64,000 nt of DNA, taken from assembly GCF_009914755.1 (NCBI RefSeq), contig NC_060942.1; one strand, written 5' to 3'. Shown piece by piece: positions 55,186-64,000 of the stretch. The stretch comes from the human T2T-CHM13v2.0 reference genome, Homo sapiens. The translations under genes and the position numbers were made by a program. How positions within the stretch are numbered: position 1 is the stretch's first letter; every line of letters begins with the position of its first letter. The notes beneath the pieces were generated by a model, which saw only the letters and a program-made list of their open reading frames with translations, had not been told where the DNA came from and ran no database searches.

Positions 55186-57478
55186 CTATATACTAATTAT
55201 ATTCAGCAAAAATGAAAATCTTCAAGTATAGTCCAATCAATGAAATTCTGATTACTGAACAGCCGCAGTGAATGTTCTCTTAAAATAAATAACCCTTAAA
55301 AACCCTTAAAATAAATAACCCTTAAAAATATAATAAATGTTAGAAATGTTGATATTCAAAATGCTGAGACTGTTACAAATGGTAGACCTATTTTTTACTA
55401 TGCTACTCAATGACAAATATAGTGAACATTTTAACACATTTTATTACTTATTTTACCCACTTATTTTCAAAAAACATTCAGATACAAGGGAACTTTTAGA
55501 CTAGCACCAATTTTAATAGAATTAAATGCAATTTTAATAGACTGAAATACAATTTTAATAGACTTAAAATTATTTTTCTTCTGACTTTATAGATATCATT
55601 ATAAAACTTTTTGTTCTTACAAATAAAATGACAGATTTAGTAAAGTCTCTCAATCCAATAAAACAGAAGTTAATTCTACTCTTAATGTGGTTTTTCGTTA
55701 TTAGTCAGGAGTTAATAAATACAATCCTCGTGCCTGTACACATATGAAATGTATTGTGTGCTTCTAGGAAGCAACTGAACACAAAACCTTTGAGAATAAT
55801 ATCCCTTTTCTTGTCAAAATGCATAACGCTGAAACAAAGATACAATAACCCAGGAATTCTATGATAGTCAAATCTATATTATACTCAAAGAGCTTTTACA
55901 TGGAATATAGGCTTTTAAGAAATCAAAGCCTGGACACAGTTCTCATGTACCTTTTACTTGCAGTCAAGACTGAAGTTTTGAGAGACCAGCTAATGACTGT
56001 GTAGAGATTATCCCAAGAAGGATCTCTGACTAAATTTCTAAAGCCATTCTTTTCATGGTGTGTGTCTGTTTGTGTGTGTATGTATGTTGCCAGTGAAGGA
56101 CTCTTTGGGAATGGGCCATATCAAATGACCAGTGTCAAATAATATGACTAATGCCAGAATTGAATAGCTCTAGACAAGTCTTAGAAACATGGCCATATAG
56201 TCTTGCCCGGTTTGCAATGCTCTCCCTGTTTCAACGGAGACTTTCTTCATCTTAAGCGTTTATGCTAATCAACTCATAATGTACAATCATTCTAAACTTG
56301 CAATTATCAAACTATAAAATGTTGCTTTACAGCTAACTGTATACTGATAATGTGGAAGTGATTAATCTCTCTAGTATTGTTCATTTGTTGCTATGGAAAT
56401 ACCACTTCTCTACAGGGCTATTAGTAAACATTTTATTAAGATTGCTGCCAATGACAGAGTCAGCCTTGGCAAACTGCAGCAAATGCAAAGCAGTATCTTT
56501 GCAGTCATGCTCTGCCATGCCTATACACATCAGAGTGTGTTTTTTATCAGTAAGATTTTGTTTTCAGAAAGCAATAAAATTTATTTCTGTTGCAGAACAC
56601 AATGACAGAAAATTGATTTCACACTGGTATTGGGAATGCATGAAATTTAAAATGTATGAACATTTTATAATTCAAATATTTTAAATCAAATTTTATAAGT
56701 GGGTTCTTATTAAGGTTGAATATCTCTTAAAATGAACACTTAGTATATTTCTTTTCGAACCTAAAAGAAATACATATATGTAGTTTTAGATATATATTTC
56801 TAGACACACTGTGATAATATTAAAATAATGATAATTTTTTGAATAGAAGTTAATATAGCACATTGTCTATTGGCTTGGAAGGAGAAGTTAAATCCCATGT
56901 ACTCATAAATAACAAGTTGCATCACATTTGGCTGAAGTGACATGTGGGACATATGTGAAATAATTTTTACTTTTCCATTAGGACTTATAACAATATAGTC
57001 TTGTAAATACATTTTACTTGTGGAATGGAGTGGATAAAGGTATTTTCACTTACCACGAAGTATATTTAGCTATCAGAGAAGCTATTATTAATATAATGTG
57101 TCTCCAAATACGTTAATCTCATATCATTCAAACAAAAAGATTTAACATATCTTTTTCTGTATTATGGGGAAATCATTGTTATAATTACCACTTGGCAAAG
57201 TATTCTTTGAATATAATACACAATAAATTCAAATTACTATACTGAATAAATTATAGAAATAATGGCATTAATTTAGTTGCCTTGATGCTTTAAACAATGA
57301 TGAGACAGATCTAGTATTTAGTGAGCTTATGTTGAAATTTAAATTAGCCAAAATTATTAGAGGTAGAGTAGTATGCTTTAGTCTTGTGTCATTTAATCAT
57401 TCATTTACTCAATCAATCATTCATCATTAAATAAATATTTGAGTGTTTACTTTAGCTTACTTTTAAGAATGAAAATTA

Positions 57479-57776
57479 GGCCGGGTGCAGTGGTTCATGC
57501 TTGTAATCCCAGCACTTTGGGAGGCCGAAGCAGGTGGTTCACCCAAGGTCAGGAGTTGGTCAGCCTGGCCAGCATGGCAAAACTCCGTCTCTACTAAAAA
57601 TACAAAAATTAGCCAGGCGTGGTGGCAGGTGCCTGTAATCCCAGATACTCAGAAGCTGAGGCAGCAGAATTCTTTGAACCCAGGAGTCGGAGGTTGCAGT
57701 GAGTCCAGATCATGCCACTGCATTCCAGCCTGGGAGACAGAGCAAGACTTTGTCTCAAAAAAAAAAAAAAAAAAAA
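57479..57776 (+). mobile_element. Alu SINE (AluS-like)
   Basis: GGCCGGGTGCAGTGG start; dimer with poly-A tail. Confidence 0.95.
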
Positions 57777-60596
57777 GATACACTGCTTACCCTTAACGAA
57801 CTTAGGGCATAGCAGAGTGAGAAAGACAAACGAGTTAGATAATTCGTGAAATAAGTGTTTTGAGAGTTTTGCACAGGTTGCTTTTCATTTAGCTAGTCCA
57901 AATAATTTAGTAATAAATTCAAATTGCCTATAATACGATTGATTACTTCTTTAGTTGATCACTTCAAAATTTGGAATTTAATACAAAGATTCTGTTATGA
58001 AGCTTTTGGTGGAAAGTCTTAGAATAAATAGATGTAGCATTCCAGATCAGTAAAACAAAGCAATTGGTTTTCATGATTCAACATTAATTTTACTCAATAA
58101 GATATTTGTGTTTATCTGCATAATAATACTGAGAGGCATAAAGCATTACACAATTATTTTTCTGGTTTTTTAATTAATAAAAAGTCATTTTATATTGGAC
58201 AGATGATACAATGCCTATTGCTACATTGACTAAAAGGAGCTTCATAAATCACTTGAAGTTCTACATCACAACTTTAAATGTTTCAGTTCATTACAGTTAA
58301 TGAAGGATGGTGGATCTGGAAAACATTTTACTTTGGATGTAGGCATGGTCATTTGTTCTGTTCATTAAAGCATTATGCTATCACACTTGCAGGAATCTTT
58401 CAATTTTAACATATAAATCCAAAACCAATTCTTTAAGAATGTGTGTCAAATAATATACTAAATTTAAAAGGTATGCTTTAAATGTTTTACATATATATAA
58501 TTTCCTCATCATGAAATAATATTATTTTTAAAATCATAAGCAATGTGCATTTAAGAACTTTTGTCTACTCTTTTGGTATAGCAATGTTTACATTTAAGTG
58601 GATTGTAGTTAACTGATAAAATATAACTATTGACTTATATTGGACAAATACTATTAAAGTAAGCTAATATTTGATGCAGTCAGCCTGTAAGTGAGGAGGA
58701 ATAGCTTTTGAGATCTAATTTGGACAATGAGATTCATTTTCATCTAATAAGCATCAACGCGTGACAAAGTTGCTGGATTCCCAAAGGCATCCTGGAACGA
58801 TTTCTTCTGGCTACATCATTGTGAAAATTTTGACCTTTGATATTAATTAGGCATTCATATTTGCATGATGGAAGCCATAATTGTGGTTGGATATCAACCA
58901 TATGAAGTGTTTTGCATAAATCGTTTGTATATGTATTTTTAGTATATTAAAGTAAAAAAAAGGGTGAACCTTGTTACAAGCTGATGATAAGTTGGTACTT
59001 AATGGAGAATATTTCAAATGGGAAAAGCTTTGTTAGGAATGAAGCAAGTGAGGTTGTAGTCAAAGGCATCTTTTCAAAACTGAAAAGATTGGCAGGCAGT
59101 TTTAAATCTTAAAGTCCTGAGAGATATTTTCTCAGAGTTAATATGATAATGGTGGTAAATCATTCCCAAATACAAAAATGAACATAAGGGCCGAGATGGT
59201 ATACTGTCCACTTTTGGGTAGGGCAAATGGGTCCTATGTAGTGAATAATGTTAAATATCTGAAATTCTGTAGTGTGATTAAGAAAAAAAATTCACAAATT
59301 TGAAATAATTTGGTTGTCTGAATAGCATTAAAATGATCAATATGTTTATTTGCTCCTTCACATACGAGCGAAAATAGTAAAATATCATTATATAGAAAAG
59401 AGAAAATCTTTATACTTTATTTATGCTCTTTCTGTATGCAAAATGATCTAAGATTTTTGATAAGGAAGTGCAAAATATGACCCTTATAAAATATTCTATC
59501 TAGACCAAAATAAAGAAAAAAAAAGCCTGTCTCTTAAGTTTGATACCACACACTGCTCAAGCCAGATATTTTTGCACATCCCTTTTATGTCTTTCCAACA
59601 CTCTCCCTGTCTCAATGGTTCTTCAACTAAGTCCACAATTGAAAAAAATCTAAGGATATTTTAATCTATCCATGTCTGGCCCACAGCTGACCAATGAATT
59701 GAGAATCTTCGCATGTAGAATTTTGGATGGATATTTTTTAAATCTGTATTTTTCGGATACTGATATTTGTATCCAGGAGGGTTGCAAACAATATTTACTA
59801 TTTATTTCCTTTTCTGTCCCTTTCTTTCTCTGCCTGTCTTTCTCTATTTATTAATCAACTATTGAAATATGAATCACAGACCACGTAATTCATCTATTTA
59901 AAATGTCCAATTACATGTGTTTTAGAATATCCATAGGGTTTGCAATCATCAACACAGTCTAATTTTGGAATATTTTAAAATGTATCCAAAAAGGAAATTC
60001 TTACCTATTATTTGTCACTTCCCATTTTATCCTAATCTAAATAACCTACCCTTAAGCAACCACTATCTACTTCCTGTGTCTACAGAATTACCTATTCTGG
60101 ACAATTGACAGAAATAAAATTATGTGATATGCAATCTTTTGTTAAATATGTTTTTTCACTTAGCATAGTATTTTCAAGAGTAATCTAAGTTGTGATTTGT
60201 ATCAGTACTTCATTTCTTTTTATTGCTGTATAATATTCCAGTATGTGGCTCTAACATATTTTCTTTATTCACCAGTTGATGAACATGTGGTTTGTTTTCA
60301 TACTTTGGCTATTATAAATAATGTTGTTCTAATAATTTTGTACAGGTTTTATATAGACATATGTTTACATTGAATATGTAATTTTGGGAGTATTGCTATC
60401 TTACTAATAAGATACACGAACATGAACATACATTCATTTATTTAGATAGTGTATATTCTTTCAATTATGCTTGTAGTTTTCAGTGTATACATTTTGCAAT
60501 TCCTTTATTAAATTTGTTCCTAAGGAATTTCTTTTTTGATGCTATTGTAAATAGAATTGCTCCCTTAATTTTTGTTTTTGAGTGGTTCATTGATAA

Positions 60597-60878
60597 TGTC
60601 AGGGTCCAGAAAACAATATCCCAAAATGAAGGCCTTAGCAGCAGCCTCAGAAATGAATTTTTATCTGGCCTTTTTCTCTCAGTTCAATTCTCTACCAAGG
60701 CTAGCCACAGAAAGTAGAATCCCTCTTCCCTGGTGTGGGTCATTTAATACCAGAACACCTTTTTCTGAAAGCCAGCCAAGAAATCTAATAATATTCTATG
60801 TAGAAAGTAGCCATAAAGAAATTATCTGACCTACCAGTTTGACTGTAGGTCATCAGATCCCCATTCCAGAGAAGGCCT
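60597..60878 (+). mobile_element. Truncated ERV1 LTR (MER39/MER34-like)
   Basis: TGTCAGGGTCCAGAAAACAATATCCCAAAATGAAGGCCTTAGCAGCAGCCTCAGAA start; AAGAAATTATCTGACCTACC...TTTGACTGTAGGTCAT. Confidence 0.7.
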
Positions 60879-60928
60879 GGATCATGCCATCACTGGGTTC
60901 ATGGAATAAGTTGAAAAGGATTCCCTCC

Positions 60929-61312
60929 TTGTTATGGACTGAAAGATTTGGTCCTCCAGCACCCGAAATTCATATGTTGAAACCCTAACCTGAGTGTGGC
61001 TGTATTTGCAGATAGGGCCTCTAAGGAAGTAAATAAGGTTAAGTGAGGTCATAAGACCGGGGCATTAATCTGTTAGAATTAGTGTCATTATAAAACATAC
61101 CAGAGAGTTCAATCTCACCTCCTCCTCAATCACATGAAGAAGTGGTTATATGAGCATACAGCGAAATGACAGCCCCCCATAAGCCAAGAGTCGAGGTCTT
61201 AGAATGAAAGCTGCTATGCTGACACATTGATCTTGAACTTGTCAGCCTCCAGAACCATTGTTTAAGCCAACTCAGTCTGTGGTATTTTGTTATAAAGCTC
61301 AAGTTGCACTAT
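60929..61312 (+). mobile_element. MaLR LTR (MLT1A-like)
   Basis: TGTTATGGACTGAA...AAATTCATATGTTGAAACCCTAACC...TTGTTTAAGCCA...CAGTCTGTGGTATTTTGTTATA. Confidence 0.88.
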
Positions 61313-62124
61313 TATTCTTCTATTTTTTGAAAGAATTTGCAGAGCATAAATATAAGTTATTATTGTAATTTAATTTTATTTAATTTAAATGTTTGGTAGA
61401 ATTTACCAGTGATACTATTTGAGTCTGGGCTTTTCTTGGTAGAAATTTTTAAAATTTGAATTCAATCTCTATATTTGTTATGGGTATATTTAGCCTTTTC
61501 ACTTTTGAAACCTACGACTTTGTGGTTTTCTAGACTTTGTGGTTTTGAAACTTATGACTTTGTGGTTTTCTAGAAATGTGTCCATTCAAGTTGTCTAATT
61601 TATTGGTTCAGTTATTCACAGTATTCCTCCATGATTCTTTTCATTTCTGTAAAGTGTACAGTGATGGTTCCTCTTTCATTTATGATTTTAGTAATTTAAT
61701 ATTTTCTTTTTTTCTTTGGTTAAGCCAGGTATAGGTTGGTTCATTTAGCAAAGGACAAATATAGTTTTTGTTAATTTGATCTATTATTTTTCTATTATAT
61801 TTCTTTTTGTTCCTGTTCTTATTATTTCATTTCTTCTACTATTTTGGATTTCATTTGCTCTTCTTCATCCATTCTCTTAAAGTGGGTTGTTGGGTTATTG
61901 ATTTGAAATCTTTCCTCATTTCATAATATAAGCATTTACAGCTATTTATTTTTTTCTAACTAATTCTAATTCTGCAAAATATTTTGCTTACATGTTGAAA
62001 CTTCTCATGTCTTTGTTGAGTTGTTTCTCTCGTTTTGATCTTTTATTTAGGTGTCCCTCTTGGTCAGAATATGTTACTTATTGGTCTCAATTTATAGCCT
62101 GCTTAGCCAGTTAGATACTCCCCA

Positions 62125-62126
<2 letters not shown>

Positions 62127-62179
<53 letters not shown>

Positions 62180-62186
62180 TGTGTGT
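62127..62186. repeat. (TG)n microsatellite
   Basis: About 29 units with one interruption. Confidence 0.97.
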
Positions 62187-62189
62187 CTT

Positions 62190-63470
62190 AGAGTTCACAG
62201 TTCAGTGAGTTTATGATTTTTTGCCCACCTTTAGTCAAGGACTAGTAGCTTGAAGATTCCTTCTGATCATTTCTGAGAAGTTGCTTCTTTGGGGATGCAC
62301 AGAGCCTTTCAGACTGCTGGGGATGACTAGGTTAATATTTTTACTCCTGGCTTTCCAAGAGTCACCCTTAAATCAGCAGAGCTTATTGTTCTGGTAGTGT
62401 TCGGTGACAGGTTATGTGTAAGCCCCTTGTGCCAGTGAGACTTCCTTTTGATGAGTTTGTATGCAGCATGGGGAGTGCCTTCATATTCAGCCACTACTGC
62501 CCTGATTAATCCCTTGTAGGTGCAACTTAGCAGCTGTGTACAACATTCGCATTCTCCATGGTTTATTATAATCTTATTAATACTCTTCATGGTTTCTTCT
62601 TTTCCTATTTCTTTCTATTAAACTTCTGGCTACTCTGCCACTTTGTCCAATTATGAAGCTACCAGCCTTCTCTTAACTGCTATCCACCAAGATCTCCACT
62701 GTTTCTAACAATGGCTTTAGAAATAAAGTTCTCCTTTCTCTGTTCCAAATAAAGTCAGTTGTCTCTGGCAGAGCTGTGGAGCTCTTTGCTCCAATGTCCT
62801 GCCTTTTCCCTGGGCAGAAATCCTATATCTCTGCAATATAGCTGGGGGCAGAACCCTGCTTTTTTTTGAGTAACACCCTGTTTCATGAATGAGCACTGAG
62901 GATGGTGTAGAATCTATTGTTCTTCTTAGCTACTCCTCCCAGCTTCAAGCCTCCATGCTATAAGTGAGCTAGGCAGAGCAATTGACGCCCCAGTATTCTC
63001 CATGCTCTGTGCTCAGAGTAGACTTCTTACCTATGAGTGAGAACTAGCATGAGAAGAGACATCCAATCCTGTTAGCTATGCCTATGTGGAGCAGACTTTC
63101 AGCAACGTGGTACTAAGTTGAGAGATGTGGGAATAGGACATGTCAGCAGCTTGCCCCTCCCAGAATGAAACCATAGTCCTAGACTGGAAGCTGGTGGGAG
63201 AGGAAGCCTTTGTCATCTTCATGGTAGAGGTAGAACTTCATTAACACAGGGCTGTGGGTGGTGATAATGGAGTGAGTTGTGTCTCAAAGGTCACAAACTC
63301 ACCATTCTTACTGAAGATTAATCGTTTTCTTGAAGGAAAGTTTCTTCATTTGCTGTATGTTCTTAATTTCCAGGGACTTTAATATAGTTTGTTTTATCAT
63401 TTTAATCATTTAAATTTCTGTTTTTCTGGAGATAATTTCTATTGATTTCCCCATTCAGTCATTGCAGAAC
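62190..63470 (-). mobile_element. Old L1M (L1MC/MD-like) 5' UTR
   Basis: Moderately GC-rich; its end resembles that of the 6180-8775 element (TTCTTACTGA...AATGCTTCTC vs AAGTTTCTTC ... CATTGCAGAAC). Confidence 0.6.
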
Positions 63471-63519
63471 TTCCCAATTTTTTCGTTAATCGGTTGTTCG
63501 CCCTTGCTCAAAGTAATCA

Positions 63520-63695
63520 CTTAAAGAGCTTTTTAAAAAGTAATCGCTTGAAGAGCTTTAAAAATTACTGATTCCTGTGTTTACTAAACAGTAAACAGTA
63601 TACTTTGATCTAATTAATCTGAATTGTTATCTGGTCAACAGGGCTAATAAAAATTCTCTGGGTTATTCTAAATTGTAACCTGGTTAAGAACTAAC
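63520..63695. mobile_element. MER5-like hAT DNA transposon remnant
   Basis: GAGCTTTAAAAATTACTGATTCCTG...TTCTCTGGGTTATTCTAAATTGTAACCTGGTTAAGAACTA resembles MER5A/B; degenerate. Confidence 0.45.
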
Positions 63696-64000
63696 TTCTT
63701 CAATCCAATCCATAGTGGGCCCATATTCTTCAGCCATTTCTGGAGATCACAAAATTTGATCTTTATGACATACTACAAGAAAGCTGTTGAATGGGTCCTT
63801 CTATCTTATACAAGTCATGCATCAGCACAGCAGAGAAATTTCTGACAAGTACCTCTTTATTTACTTAACAGCACCACTTCATTTCTCTAATGCCCTGTTA
63901 AATATATATATTATATATAATTTATAACTATAAATTATATATACAGAATATAAAACACAGTCTCCTCAAGACGTACTGTACCATTATGTTCAACTAATGA

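Larger units (their letters stand above)
59830..62050 (-). mobile_element. L1MB-like 3' end and ORF2 fragments, interrupted by two LTRs
   Basis: GCAACCACTATCTACTTCCTGTGTCTACAGAATTACCTATTCTGGACA...TTTCACTTAGCATA; AAATGTTTGGTAGAATTTACCAGTGA. Confidence 0.85.

Noticed and set aside
55003-55215. Plus-strand 70-aa hydrophobic ORF
   Set aside because: No recognisable family, promoter or convincing splice signals; short hydrophobic ORFs are frequent in AT-rich DNA.
63900-63943. Perfect AT palindrome TATATAATTTATA-AC-TATAAATTATATA
   Set aside because: Expected within (TA)n-derived low-complexity sequence; the same applies to 26525-26645.

Overview
AT-rich, CpG-poor primate (very likely human) intronic or intergenic DNA dominated by interspersed repeats: about 12 Alus, many old L1 and L2 fragments, and several LTR elements. 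I recognise no cellular protein-coding gene, and most ORFs in the track are by-products of Alu, L1, L2 or MaLR sequence. The main structure is a nested retroviral locus. A plus-strand THE1D-type MaLR element (32148-40570, TSD GTGGG) is interrupted by a two-LTR, minus-strand, non-autonomous HERV-I-group provirus (33869-40151, LTR10/HERVIP10FH-like) with a tRNA-Pro-like PBS, a PPT, an integrase tail and a decayed env. Its two LTRs carry different copy numbers (6 vs 3) of a 28-bp AP-1-motif repeat. The window also has several local templated-copy scars: a 31-bp THE1D piece pasted into a neighbouring L1, a reciprocal pair of old dispersed copies, an exact 100-bp tandem duplication, a duplication with hairpin filler, and an inverted flank copy beside an Alu monomer. 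A few unique islands hold candidate enhancer motifs and weak minus-strand exon candidates. I found no convincing new multi-gene system. Repeat subfamily names come from recalled consensus sequences and need RepeatMasker/Dfam confirmation; boundaries of old repeats are approximate.
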